DNA of 26,960 nucleotides from Planctomycetota bacterium. Its GTDB lineage: Bacteria; Planctomycetota; GCA-002687715; DRQF01. Numbering within the stretch: the stretch's first letter is position 1; each line of letters opens with the position of its first letter. A program made the translations under genes and the position numbers. Below the pieces are notes generated by a model. That model searched no databases. It was not told the origin of the DNA and was given only the letters and a program-made list of their open reading frames with translations. The DNA is taken from the NCBI GenBank assembly GCA_036479435.1, contig JAZGFI010000023.1:1-26960 (forward strand). Direction: 5' to 3'. Below are positions 1 through 9,573 of the stretch, in pieces.

Positions 1-127
1 ACTCCCGGCAGAGGTTTCTCTGCACGGCTGGAGAGTGGCGGTTCTGTCAGAAGCTTGAGGAAGCCGTCGGGGATCGCTTCACGGTGATGATGCAGGTTCG
101 CGTGGGTTCGATGCTTCGCTGCGACCC
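1..127 (+). repeat. Terminal direct repeat, copy 1 (assembly circularisation overlap)
   Basis: actcccggcagagg...cgctgcgaccc is identical to 26834-26960. Confidence 0.97.
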
Positions 128-467
128 GAAGGACTGGAATACCTGGGGACGTCAGGTTGCGCAGAAGAGCTTCGACTTCGTGCTCGTAGAGCGCGGGACG
201 TCATTCGCGGCCGCCGCAATCGAACTCGACGACAACACGCACTTGCTTCCAGAGCGTCGCAAGCGCGACAAGTTTCTAAACGAAGCGTGCAAGGCAGCAG
301 ATCTGCCGCTGATCCGCATCAAGACCGCTCAGCGCTACAAAGTGGGCGAGATCCGCGAGACGGTGAAAGCACATCTGTCGAAGGGTGCTTGCACCCTTCG
401 ACCAGGTGATGACCCTGCCCTTCGGGATGAGCGGCCGCCCGGATGGGTCTGGAAGCGTGCTCACTAG
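1..467 (+). CDS. DUF2726-family protein (PD-(D/E)xK/Vsr-like fold), 3' part; the gene begins before the circular junction
   Basis: Frame is open from base 3 (SRQRFLCTAGEWRFCQKLEEAVGDRFTVMMQVRV). Motifs KSFDFVLV, AIELDD..H, RRKRDKFLNEACKAADLPLIRI are typical of DUF2726. Confidence 0.85.
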   Translation, partial: SRQRFLCTAGEWRFCQKLEEAVGDRFTVMMQVRVGSMLRCDPKDWNTWGRQVAQKSFDFVLVERGTSFAAAAIELDDNTHLLPERRKRDKFLNEACKAADLPLIRIKTAQRYKVGEIRETVKAHLSKGACTLRPGDDPALRDERPPGWVWKRAH

Positions 468-647
468 CTAGCGCCTTCGCGCGCGCCCCCCACCGAGTTC
501 GGGGGACGGCGCAGGAACGTCCTGGGACAGAACGGCGTCGAGCTGGGATGCCCTTCGCTCGTCTAACCGTTCTCGAAACCGTGCGTCGTGAACTTCAACG
601 TGCGGCTGTTCTCGGTCACGGTGCGGATGACGTTATAGCCCGCTTGC

Positions 648-3188
648 TCAGGCCCTGTTGTAGCCCCCTTCCTCAGGGACGTTCTCATAGACCATCGCGG
701 CTTCGTCTCGTGACAACGCCGTGTCGTAGAGCCCGATTGCTTCGCCCTCGTGCCTGTCAATGCCGGCGTAGCTCAAGCTAGCGTCTTCGTATCGCTTGAA
801 CTTGTAAACCGCATCGTTCATCAGCGCGCTGTTGAAAACTCCGAGGCTGACCAGCGTCTCGAAGTCATTCTGGGTCAGCCCAGTCACCTTCTTGAACAAA
901 CCAGGCTCGAGCTGTGTGATGACATCCTTCAGCGCGACCTCCCGGAAGTCCGTGAGATACATGAAGATGGGGATGCGCGTGGCGAACTTGATCAGCTTCT
1001 CCTGGATCTGTTTCCGGAGTTTCTTGTACTCCCTCTCCTCCTCGGTCAGCTGCTTCCGTTCCTTCTCCGACAGATCCTTGTCGTTCGACTCCTTCCGGGT
1101 CTTCTTCACGGCATCGGATTTGTTGATGATGGTCTCGATCTCTTGATTGAGATTCCGAAAGCCCTCGATGTTCATCAGGGCATCGAGAGCATTCTGATCG
1201 GCCATCAACCGCCGGAGCGTGTCGTTGTCCACGTTGACCAAAAGGGCGCTCTCCCAACGGCGCGCCAGGAGCGTCGCAGTGGTGCCGCTCATCGCCATGT
1301 CAAGAATGCCAGCGGCGTCCACGTGCTTCATCGAACTGCCGTCATACGCCAACACGGGGAGGAAGCTAATGAACTCCGCCACCTTGTGTTCCGGACTGGC
1401 TCCACTCACGTTGAGTCTGCAACTATAGTCGGCGATCTGTCGCAGGGCGCGATCGGGCGCGAAGTCGAAGACGTAGCATTCTTCCTTGATGATCTCCTCG
1501 CTGTTCGGCGCGGATCCGTCCGGGTTCCGGACCGTCCACGGCGACTGCACGCGAAACGCCGCCTGGAAATAGGTCTCCGGACTCGACGAGTTGCGGAGGA
1601 TAAGGATCCCTGACCACGGCTTCACGGTGACGCCCGTCGTCAGCTTGCCGCAGGACAGCGTGATGGTCTTTGATTCCAGCGGATCTCCCATCGCGTCCTG
1701 GACTGGCGGTAGCGCTGCCGCGCCGATCCCGGCGTTGCTACCGGCCGCGACTAACGCCTTGTAGTCGTGCCAGAAGCGGTTCTGGCGCTTCGCCAAAAGA
1801 TTCCGCATCGCATGACAGGAAGCGACACTGGGCAGGAACCAGAACGTGTGCGAAAGGAGGTGCAACAGTCGCGCGTCAGAGAACGGCATCGGCGGCTTGC
1901 GCGCCCCGAGTTTCAGGTTATCGATCGTGGTCTCCGCGTAGGCCCCGCGAATCAGGTCCAACCACTTCTGCACTTCGTTCAGGTACTTGAACTTCGCGTC
2001 TGCGCCATCATCAATAGCCGCAAAGAAGACGTTCAGGTCGAACTCGTTGAACTCACCCTGTAAGGCAATCTCACGAATCTCATCCGGAAGCTGATAGGTC
2101 AGGAGCACCATGCGCGGGAGCATCGCGTAGGGATTCTCTCCCGGCCCCTCCCACTCTTGTTTGGCGCGCTGTTCGTCCGAGTACGTCCAGTTGAAGATCT
2201 GTTCCTCGATGAACTCACCGGAGGCGATGGCCCGAAAGGGTGTACCGGACAGGTACAGGTAGTGGTCGGTCGTGATGGGTAGGACGTCTTCGTCGAAGTC
2301 CTCGATACCCTCGCCCTCGCCGAACTTGGCTTCGTGCCGGTCCTCGGCCTCGAACAACTCCTTCGCGTTCTCCCGCCAGGCGCCGTAGTGGTACTCGTCG
2401 AGCACGACGCAATCCCAGTTGGTCGCGTGCACCCACTCGTTCTTGGCCTTGATGCCGCCGGTGCTGCGGTTCTTGCCGAGGTAGTCCTGGAACGACCCGA
2501 AGCAGACGATGGGCCTCCTAGGGTTGGCATCTTTCGGCGCCAAGCCACCCGGCTTAATGAACTGCCATCCTGTGAAGTCCGCGTGACGCGCGAGATCCTC
2601 CTCCCATGCGTTCTGGACGGCGGGCTTGAACGTCAACACCAGGATCTTCTTCCACCCATTCCTACGGGCCAGTTGGTAAGTCGCAAAGGTCTTGCCGAAA
2701 CGCATCTTGGCGTTCCAGAGAAAGTGCGGCGTCCTGCCCTTGTTCGACTTGTCCTTCCTGAAGTCCTCGAAGTAGGCGGCGGTTTTCTCCGCCGCCGCGA
2801 TCTGCTCCGGGCGCATCGCGAAGTCCTGGTCGCGGGCTCTTTCCAACTGCTCGCCGTGGCGCACCGCGACGATGGCGGCCCTGACCTCGTCCGCCGTGCA
2901 GGCGAACCACTCTCCGGCGGGGTTCGCGAAGCCTCCGCCTCTCAGGACGCGGTGCACCTCGTGGTCAGTGAAGGTGGTGCCGTCGCTGCGCATTGCGGAC
3001 TCTTCCAGCACGATGCGGAAGGTCGGCTCCCCAGGCCGCTCGATCGCGTACTGCTGCGCCACCCGCTTGGAAGCGCCGATCGTGGTGTACCCCACCTTGA
3101 GCAGGTCAGCGAACTGAGGGTGGCTGTCCTCGTAGGCGTAGATGTTGGGCCGCGCGTCAGGACGCGGCGGAAAGAACTCACGACTCAT
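648..3188 (-). CDS. Restriction endonuclease-like subunit: N-terminal GIY-YIG/T5orf172 nuclease plus SF2 (ResIII-like) helicase/ATPase
   Basis: N-terminal IYAY...LLKVGYT...RVAQQ...DHEVHRVL...GEWF; Walker A variant AKMRFGKT; Walker B VVLDEYH; motif III LSGTP; motif VI YFQAAFRVQ; overlaps the end of the MTase gene. Confidence 0.85.
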   Translation of the reverse strand: MSREFFPPRPDARPNIYAYEDSHPQFADLLKVGYTTIGASKRVAQQYAIERPGEPTFRIVLEESAMRSDGTTFTDHEVHRVLRGGGFANPAGEWFACTADEVRAAIVAVRHGEQLERARDQDFAMRPEQIAAAEKTAAYFEDFRKDKSNKGRTPHFLWNAKMRFGKTFATYQLARRNGWKKILVLTFKPAVQNAWEEDLARHADFTGWQFIKPGGLAPKDANPRRPIVCFGSFQDYLGKNRSTGGIKAKNEWVHATNWDCVVLDEYHYGAWRENAKELFEAEDRHEAKFGEGEGIEDFDEDVLPITTDHYLYLSGTPFRAIASGEFIEEQIFNWTYSDEQRAKQEWEGPGENPYAMLPRMVLLTYQLPDEIREIALQGEFNEFDLNVFFAAIDDGADAKFKYLNEVQKWLDLIRGAYAETTIDNLKLGARKPPMPFSDARLLHLLSHTFWFLPSVASCHAMRNLLAKRQNRFWHDYKALVAAGSNAGIGAAALPPVQDAMGDPLESKTITLSCGKLTTGVTVKPWSGILILRNSSSPETYFQAAFRVQSPWTVRNPDGSAPNSEEIIKEECYVFDFAPDRALRQIADYSCRLNVSGASPEHKVAEFISFLPVLAYDGSSMKHVDAAGILDMAMSGTTATLLARRWESALLVNVDNDTLRRLMADQNALDALMNIEGFRNLNQEIETIINKSDAVKKTRKESNDKDLSEKERKQLTEEEREYKKLRKQIQEKLIKFATRIPIFMYLTDFREVALKDVITQLEPGLFKKVTGLTQNDFETLVSLGVFNSALMNDAVYKFKRYEDASLSYAGIDRHEGEAIGLYDTALSRDEAAMVYENVPEEGGYNRA

Positions 3189-4710
3189 CGCGCGCCTCCA
3201 TTGGGCTCACGATAGATTCGATGAAGGCGATCTCGCCCTTTGTGAGCCCGTAGCGCTTGTAAAGCTTGGCGTCGGTCCACTCGAGATCGAGGGGTACGTC
3301 CGGGACGAAGGCGTACACCCCGCGAGCGGCATCCTGCGTCGCCTTGCGCAAGGAGATCAGAAAGCGCAGGAAGCGAGTCCGCAGGTAGGTCGTGTACCGT
3401 GTAGCTTCAGCCTCGCTCCCGAAGCGCCCTGCGACCAAGTAGGTCTCGGTGCATGCTTCGCCGGGGGCCGCGATGGTCGGATCGCGGAGGAACTTGGTTT
3501 CGACCGCGGCGCTCGTGCCTTGAACGCGGGTGACCAACACCTTCCAGTCGTCCACCCACGCCACGTTCGTCGAAATGTCGTCTCGTTCGACCCACGAGAT
3601 CCGCTGAGAGCCGTGGAGCTTCACCGGGTCCTTAAGCCCCGTAGCGGACTTGGCTCCGTGAAAGTTGGTGGGGAACCCGAATGGCTTCCTGCTCGACACG
3701 CGAGCATCGAGCGTCGGCTCGGGCTTCCCGCGCACGTTATAGGCGCGCACCTTGTCCAGAACCGACACCGCCTCGTTCCGGCGCACGAGCACGTCGTAGG
3801 CATCCAGGAACCGCCCCACCGGCGGTCCGAGCGGCTCACCGTCCCACATGGTCTGCACGGTGCACGGCCCCTCGTGGTCCCGGTCCCAGAGGAAGTAGGA
3901 GACGCCGCCTCGGATCTTCACGCCCGGGAAGCCGTCGTAGAGCTTGGGGTAGTCAACGAGGTTCTTGAGCCGCCGCTCGCTCAGCATCCGCGCGCGGAAC
4001 TCGCCAAGCCCCTTCCCGCCGGTGAACCAGCGCGACGGCGTGATCATCACCACGTACCGCGGCTTGAGCCCGATCGCGGCCTCGACGAACTTGTGGTAGA
4101 TCGGCGAGGCGCTCGCGCCGTGGCCGCCGTCGCTGAGCTGGTACGGTGGATTGCCCACCACGACGTCGAACTTCATGGGGAACTCCTCCTCCAGGGATGC
4201 GGTGTGAATGAACTGGTATGCATGGGTCTCCAGGTCGGCGCCGCGTTCGTAGCTCGCCTCGGGAGCACTACAGTACACGCACCGACCATTTTGCCACGTG
4301 TGCTCGGTCCGTCCGAACCGGATGTTGCCGTCCGCATCGTCGAAGTCCTCGCAGACCGAGTACTTGCCATTGGCGGTCTTCGAGCAATAGGCCGAGCGCC
4401 GGGAGAGCAGGGCCGTCAGCTCTGTGGTGGCGAGACCGAAGAGCTGGTTTCCCAAGATGTGGTTCAGCCGCGCCTGCCGATCTGGAATCTGTGACTCCAG
4501 CCCCGTGTCCAGCCGTTTCGCCATCTCGCGCAGAAACACGCCGGACTTGCAGCCGGGGTCGAGAAACCGAGCGCCCCGATCTCTCCAGATCTCTCCAGGG
4601 AGCAGGTCGAGCATCCGGTTCGCCATGGCGGGAGGCGTGAACACCTCGTCGCTGCTGAGGTTGGCCAAACATGTGAGGACATCCGGGTTGTAATTAGTGC
4701 TGTTGAGCAT
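3178..4710 (-). CDS. Eco57I-like N6-adenine DNA methyltransferase with C-terminal specificity domain
   Basis: EVFTP, FLDPGCKSGVF (motif I, degenerate), FDVVVGNPPY (motif IV), ITPSRW. Confidence 0.9.
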   Translation of the reverse strand: MLNSTNYNPDVLTCLANLSSDEVFTPPAMANRMLDLLPGEIWRDRGARFLDPGCKSGVFLREMAKRLDTGLESQIPDRQARLNHILGNQLFGLATTELTALLSRRSAYCSKTANGKYSVCEDFDDADGNIRFGRTEHTWQNGRCVYCSAPEASYERGADLETHAYQFIHTASLEEEFPMKFDVVVGNPPYQLSDGGHGASASPIYHKFVEAAIGLKPRYVVMITPSRWFTGGKGLGEFRARMLSERRLKNLVDYPKLYDGFPGVKIRGGVSYFLWDRDHEGPCTVQTMWDGEPLGPPVGRFLDAYDVLVRRNEAVSVLDKVRAYNVRGKPEPTLDARVSSRKPFGFPTNFHGAKSATGLKDPVKLHGSQRISWVERDDISTNVAWVDDWKVLVTRVQGTSAAVETKFLRDPTIAAPGEACTETYLVAGRFGSEAEATRYTTYLRTRFLRFLISLRKATQDAARGVYAFVPDVPLDLEWTDAKLYKRYGLTKGEIAFIESIVSPMEARDES

Positions 4711-5353
4711 CGGCGAGTTCCAGGAAGTGAACGGGCGGGTACTCCTTCTCGGGTCGGGGCACGAAAGCTTCGTCGCCCAAGTCCGAGAACAGCGGCGTCT
4801 CCTTGTAGCTCTCCTGCGCCAGAAGCTCGCGAAAGCTGAAGTCCCGTCGCTTCAGCAGGCTTCCGTTCACGGGGGACCACTCCGAGAAGATGATCGATCC
4901 GGCCTCGGGGCCCCCCACGGTCTTGAGCGTGAGGGCATCACCCCAGATCACGTTGCGTTTGAGAATGAAACGAACCGCGGCCAAGCACCTGTCTTTGACT
5001 CCCCCTTTGAAGAGGCGCGTGTAGGTCGCGTCGAAGACCCCGAACAGCCGCTCCTTGCACTGTCGGACGTTGTCTTCGAGGATGTCGATCCCGTAGACCG
5101 AGCTGACGGCAAGGACCGCATAGCGCTCGTACTCGAGTTGAGACTTGCCGTAGCGATCCTCAACAACACCGAGCTTCCGGGCCAAGACCTCCGCCAGGAA
5201 ATTTCCGTCTCCGCAGGCGGGCTCGAGGAAGCGGGAGTCAATGCGTCGGGTCTCCTGCTGCACAAGATCGAGCATGGCGTCGACCTCGCGCTTTCCGGTC
5301 AGCACCTCGCCGTGATCGGCGACCCGCTGCTTTGTCACAACTCGCGACTTCAT
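4694..5353 (-). CDS. Small SAM-binding methyltransferase-like subunit (motif I, no NPPY)
   Basis: RVADHGEVLT, FLEPACGDGNFL, YGIDI, NVIWGDAL. Likely start is ATG 5353 (MKSRVV). 3' end overlaps the next MTase. Confidence 0.8.
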   Translation of the reverse strand: MKSRVVTKQRVADHGEVLTGKREVDAMLDLVQQETRRIDSRFLEPACGDGNFLAEVLARKLGVVEDRYGKSQLEYERYAVLAVSSVYGIDILEDNVRQCKERLFGVFDATYTRLFKGGVKDRCLAAVRFILKRNVIWGDALTLKTVGGPEAGSIIFSEWSPVNGSLLKRRDFSFRELLAQESYKETPLFSDLGDEAFVPRPEKEYPPVHFLELADAQQH

Positions 5354-5527
5354 CGGCCCACCTTTTTCCAGAGGTCGGCCCACGGTGACGCCGCGAGGAG
5401 AGCATGGACCTTCAGGAACAGCCCCGGCACGCGCAAGGCGGCGTTCGGTTGAATTTGGTCGAGTGTGATCATGGACGAGCCCTCACGTATCGAATCCCCT
5501 GCCGCATCCTGTCGAAGAGGTTGGCCA

Positions 5528-5770
5528 TCAGGTCAAAGCCTCCAACTTCTCGAGGTCGAGCTTGGACTGCTCGAGCACGCCGACGAAGCAGTCCGCGCAG
5601 AAGCGCCGCGTTGCTGAGTGGGGCTTCTGGGGCTGCGGCACGTCGTAACAGTCCTCCCCTTTGGAGATCGGTTTCTTGCAGCGGCTGCACGGCGTTTCAC
5701 GCCCGCATGTTTCCTTGCGCGGGCGGCCGAGTGAGGAGCCGATGAGCGACGGCGTCTTACCTCTCGGCAT
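5528..5770 (-). CDS. Small Cys-rich putative zinc-binding protein (80 aa)
   Basis: MPRGK start overlaps the helicase 3' end; CSRC...C...FCADC motif; amphipathic C-terminal helix. Confidence 0.65.
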   Translation of the reverse strand: MPRGKTPSLIGSSLGRPRKETCGRETPCSRCKKPISKGEDCYDVPQPQKPHSATRRFCADCFVGVLEQSKLDLEKLEALT

Positions 5771-7787
5771 GCTGCACCTTCTTGATCTCGCGAACGAGTT
5801 GCTCAAGGACATCCGGGAGAAGGTCGATCGCTGCGGTGAACTCCTCGAACGTCCACTCCGGCCGCTTCTTGCCCTCCCCCACTCGCTTCGCGATGGCCCT
5901 GTTCACCATCATGAAGGCCGCGATGAAGTTGCTGATCGCCCCGATGTCGGGCTTGAGCTTGCGCGGAATCTCCACGCCTTCCGACTTCAGGTCCACGCGG
6001 TTGAGAAGGATCTTGGCCGTACGTTTTGACTGCTCGTCGAGTCGCCTCTTCGCTTCTTGCCACTGCCTCGCGGGGATCTTGCTGAATGGCTGTGCCGCCG
6101 CGGTGACCGCAGGACCTAACGCGTCAGAACGGCTCTTCTGAACCACCTGTTGGGCAAGCCGAGGATCGAGCCCTAACGCCTCGAGCTTCTTCTCAAGGTC
6201 GTGCTGGAGATCGGCGTCTTCGGCTGTCGCAAAGTCTTCTTCGAAGAGTTGATCGACGATCTCCCTTTGAACGACCATGTCCTCGCGAAGCTTCATGCGA
6301 GCGCTACCGTCAAGGACCTCCTTCGGCGGGTCAGGCTCCTCTCCGCCAGTCACCTCTTCCCAAAACTTCTGGTCGTCGTTCTCAAACAGCTTGAACTTAT
6401 TTAGGAGCTCGTCGAGGTTCATCCCGACGTGGGTCACGATGTGGCCGTAGTTGTCGGGGTGCGCTGGGTCGTTCTGAACCACGACGCGCAGGATGCGGCC
6501 GACGAACTGGATGTAGGGCGCGAGCGAACGGAAGGGCCGGAAGATCGCCGCAACGCTCAGTTTCGGGTGGTCAAACCCCTCCCCCAGCATCTGCACCTGA
6601 ACAATGCAGTCGAGGACACCGCTGTAGAGGTCGCGCATTACGTCCTCATTGGCCTTCTCGTCTTCCTCTTTGTCCTTGCTGCTGTGAACGATGGCGGCTT
6701 CGTAGCCCCGCTCTTGGTAGAGCGAGCGGATCCGCCGCGCGTGGTTGATAGAACAGGCGACGGCGATGATCTGGTGCTTGGTCCCGGTCTGGCGGAGCAG
6801 CTCGAGCTTCTCCAGGCTGTTGTCAACGATCGACACGTTGCACGGCTCCGAGAGAGCAACGCCTCGGCTGAACCACTCTTCCTCCTTCATCGCGAGAACT
6901 TCATCGAGGGTGAAGGTGCACTCCTCCCCCTTTAGCGTGAAGGTGAGCTCGCTCGGGGCTACGTAGCTGGCCTTCAGCTTCTTGACGTAGCCCTTGATGC
7001 TGGCACTCTTGAACGGGTAGCGAAAGATCAGCTCGCCCTCGAGCTCCTGCCGGTCGCTTCGAAATGGAGTTGCAGTCAGATTCGCGACCTTCGCGTTCGG
7101 GAACCGTGCGAAGACCCTCTGCCAACTCGCCGCGGCGCCATGGTGTGCCTCGTCGACGATGATCAGATCGAAGAAGTCATCGGCGAACTTCGTCAGCCAC
7201 TTGTCCGCGTTGGTGCCGAACTGCTGGATGTTGGTGAGGACGATGTGCGACTTCTCGCATACGGAGAGGTTGCCCGTGTCGAGCGTGCAGACGTAAGGCC
7301 CGCTCGTCATGTCCCGGGACTCCAACACACCACGCTGACGCCAGAAGCACTTCTGCCTATTGGTGATGTCGAAGGCCTTGAAGAGCTCATCTTTGATCGT
7401 GAGGTTCGGCGCGATCACGAGGACGCGGCCTTTGGCAATCCCAAACGGAAGGATGGCTGCGACACCGGATTTGCCACAGCCGACCGGGAGCTGGATCAGC
7501 GCCTTCTGGCCGCCGCGTTGGTAGTACGCCGCGGCCCGGGCGTGGGCCTCGCGCTGTGGATCGCGGAGGCCCTGATTGCCCTCGATGTTGGCCGGGGTGT
7601 CCTGGAAAAAGTCCTCGAGACGCTGGCTGGACTGCACCCAGTCGGCGAGCTCTGCGCGGTTGTACATCCACTTCTTCCCGACGCGCTTCGCGGGGAGACG
7701 ACCCTCTCGCGTGAGCTCGTAGAGCTTCGTCTTGCCTAAACCGAGGTATTCAGCGGCCTCGACTGTTCCAATCCACACGTCTTCCAT
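5757..7787 (-). CDS. Excisionase-type HTH fused to a DEAD/DEAH (ResIII-like) SF2 helicase
   Basis: N-terminal EAAEYLGLGKTKLYELTREGRLPAKRVGKKW (HTH_17); LRDPQ; PVGCGKS; IIVDEAHH; LTATPFRSD; MLGEGFDHP; QFVGRILR. Start ATG 7787 is supported by an extended -10. Confidence 0.9.
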   Translation of the reverse strand: MEDVWIGTVEAAEYLGLGKTKLYELTREGRLPAKRVGKKWMYNRAELADWVQSSQRLEDFFQDTPANIEGNQGLRDPQREAHARAAAYYQRGGQKALIQLPVGCGKSGVAAILPFGIAKGRVLVIAPNLTIKDELFKAFDITNRQKCFWRQRGVLESRDMTSGPYVCTLDTGNLSVCEKSHIVLTNIQQFGTNADKWLTKFADDFFDLIIVDEAHHGAAASWQRVFARFPNAKVANLTATPFRSDRQELEGELIFRYPFKSASIKGYVKKLKASYVAPSELTFTLKGEECTFTLDEVLAMKEEEWFSRGVALSEPCNVSIVDNSLEKLELLRQTGTKHQIIAVACSINHARRIRSLYQERGYEAAIVHSSKDKEEDEKANEDVMRDLYSGVLDCIVQVQMLGEGFDHPKLSVAAIFRPFRSLAPYIQFVGRILRVVVQNDPAHPDNYGHIVTHVGMNLDELLNKFKLFENDDQKFWEEVTGGEEPDPPKEVLDGSARMKLREDMVVQREIVDQLFEEDFATAEDADLQHDLEKKLEALGLDPRLAQQVVQKSRSDALGPAVTAAAQPFSKIPARQWQEAKRRLDEQSKRTAKILLNRVDLKSEGVEIPRKLKPDIGAISNFIAAFMMVNRAIAKRVGEGKKRPEWTFEEFTAAIDLLPDVLEQLVREIKKVQHAER

Positions 7788-7793
7788 GACCAA

Positions 7794-7802
7794 ACGATAG
7801 CA
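7794..7802 (-). promoter_or_regulatory. Extended -10 element (TGcTATCGT), probably a leaderless promoter for the helicase operon
   Basis: Minus strand reads TGCTATCGT-ttggtc-ATG; no Shine-Dalgarno. Confidence 0.5.
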
Positions 7803-7865
7803 AATGGCATCACGCGGTACCACTGTGTCGCGGGGGATTTTCCCAGGGATCCTCTGCCTGCGGAT

Positions 7866-9470
7866 CTATCCCATGGGGACAAGGTCGGAATTTGGCTGGT
7901 AGTCCTCGTCCTGCGCCCACCGACGGGCGTCCTTCTGGCAAAGCGAGATGTGGGCGCTCTCCCAACGTTCGAGCGTCCAGCCTTCCGGCAGGTGCCGCCT
8001 GGCACCCCTGAAGAGCTCCTGCGGAGTGCGGCCGGGGCAGGCCTTCTGGCAGCGCAGAACGATGGTTTCGTCCTCGGTGTAGTCCGGCATGGCGTTCTGG
8101 CGTTCTGGCCTGAACGAGCCTCCCCCATCACGGCTTCGTGTCGTCGGCCCATCCCTGAGCTCACGGAGCTGCGTTCGTGCCGTCTCCTCGTCAGCGATCG
8201 TGATGAACGCCCTTCGGTGCTTGGAGATCAGATTGAAGAACAGCGCAGGCGGGTTGGAGCCATTGCTCCGTGCCCGGTTGGCCAAGGCCAGGAAGTCCAG
8301 CTTCCCGCTCTCGCCCTCGAAGGTGAAGCCGAGCTCGAGGGCTTGGGGCCAGAGCTCGAGCAGAGCCTCGGGGCTCTTCAAGTCCTCTGCCGTGACATCG
8401 CGGATGTTCGGCCGGGTCGATCCCTTGCGGTGTGACGTCCTCCGTCTTGGGCCTTCTGGCCTTCCTTCCTTCGTGCAAACCCCAGATCGGTTTAGGGCGT
8501 TAGCCCTAAGCCTTCTGGTTTTAAGTTCCTTCGTAGAAGGAGAGATCTGTTTAGATGGGGTGTGCGACTGACCTGAGTTTTTGGCCGGAGGGGTGTGCGA
8601 TTGACCTGAGCCTCTCCCCTCCCCCACCGCGTCAGGGTCGGAGTTTTCCACAGCGTCATTCGCTGCGGCGTCAGGCTTGGCCGGAGCCCAATCGACGTTG
8701 ATCACGTCATGGGAGCCCCACTTGTTGAGCGCCCATTGCGGCGTCTCCACGGGCTTCAGCCAGCCGAGCTCGATCAAGTGCCGCCGTGCGGCGCGGATCG
8801 TGGCGAGATCGAACCCGAAGGTCTGGGCGACCCATGAGCAGCGGGTTCGACCGTCGGTCGTGTAGAGGCCGGTCTTCTTGCTCCAGAAGACGGAACGGAT
8901 CAAAGCGGCGATGATGAAGGCCGTCTCTGCAGGCCGGAAACCGGCCGCTAGGGCGCGCAGGGTGCGGCGCGGGACGGGAACTTTCCCTTTCGGGCGCGGG
9001 AGCGCGCTGAAGAAGGCCCAAAAACCTTCGAGATCGTCGGCGATGACGATCTGCTCTATGGAACTTGCGAAGGTGATTTCATGGGCCGTGATGGCGACCA
9101 GGCCGAGCTCTCTGAGCTGCTTGACGTCCGCCGATAGGTCGCGGTTCGCAGACTTCGAACCCCTACCCCCCACCAGAGCCTTGAGCTCTTGGAGTAGGAA
9201 GAGTGGCTCTGGGGCGTCGCCGTAGGCTCCTGAGCAAGCCTTGGCGGCTTCTCGCCGGGCAGCCATTTCATGGGCAGCGAAGTAGATCCGCTGTTGCCGC
9301 CGTGAGATGTGTCCGCTGCTTCGCAGCCAGGCCACGATTGCGAGTTCGTGGGTGGATATTGGTCGGTAGCCTCCGGCGATCGCCCGCTGTGTTGTGCGGG
9401 TGAAGTCAGTGGTTTGCTTCCGTCCCTGACCCCTCCCCGAGGTCTGTGGATGGATGATTGTCGTCGTCAA
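7866..9470 (-). CDS. Putative plasmid replication initiator (HTH-containing, family not recognised)
   Basis: 534 aa, divergent from parA; wHTH-like WVAQTFGFDLATIRAARRHLIELGWL; low-complexity linker with DNA repeats; GGAGG SD before a TTG start; no other Rep candidate on the circle. Confidence 0.65.
   Translation of the reverse strand: MTTTIIHPQTSGRGQGRKQTTDFTRTTQRAIAGGYRPISTHELAIVAWLRSSGHISRRQQRIYFAAHEMAARREAAKACSGAYGDAPEPLFLLQELKALVGGRGSKSANRDLSADVKQLRELGLVAITAHEITFASSIEQIVIADDLEGFWAFFSALPRPKGKVPVPRRTLRALAAGFRPAETAFIIAALIRSVFWSKKTGLYTTDGRTRCSWVAQTFGFDLATIRAARRHLIELGWLKPVETPQWALNKWGSHDVINVDWAPAKPDAAANDAVENSDPDAVGEGRGSGQSHTPPAKNSGQSHTPSKQISPSTKELKTRRLRANALNRSGVCTKEGRPEGPRRRTSHRKGSTRPNIRDVTAEDLKSPEALLELWPQALELGFTFEGESGKLDFLALANRARSNGSNPPALFFNLISKHRRAFITIADEETARTQLRELRDGPTTRSRDGGGSFRPERQNAMPDYTEDETIVLRCQKACPGRTPQELFRGARRHLPEGWTLERWESAHISLCQKDARRWAQDEDYQPNSDLVPMG
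8490..8652. other. Candidate intragenic replication origin (AT-richer patch, two 21-bp iterons, DnaA box)
   Basis: GGGGTGTGCGA(C/T)TGACCTGAG at 8557-8577 and 8590-8610; TTTTCCACA at 8644-8652; AT-richer 8490-8556. Confidence 0.5.
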
Positions 9471-9537
9471 GTGCGCCTCCTGTGTGGAGGGTCACGTCTG
9501 GGCACAAGTCTCCCTGGAGCCGGACGCACTCCAAGGG

Positions 9538-9567
9538 TTGACGGTCTCACTGCACAGGTGCTAGGTT
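9538..9567 (+). promoter_or_regulatory. Sigma70-like promoter antisense to the rep leader
   Basis: TTGACG (9538-9543), 18-bp spacer, TGn-TAGGTT (9562-9567). Confidence 0.5.
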
Positions 9568-9573
9568 GGAAGT

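Noticed and set aside
1..127. Terminal repeat as a biological att site or phage terminal repeat
   Set aside because: 127 bp matches a common assembler k-mer overlap and falls mid-gene; no phage genes seen.
750..5452. Long + strand ORFs (750..1613, 2334..3215, 3142..4494, 4697..5452)
   Set aside because: Antisense shadows of well-supported minus-strand genes in GC-rich DNA; no motifs.
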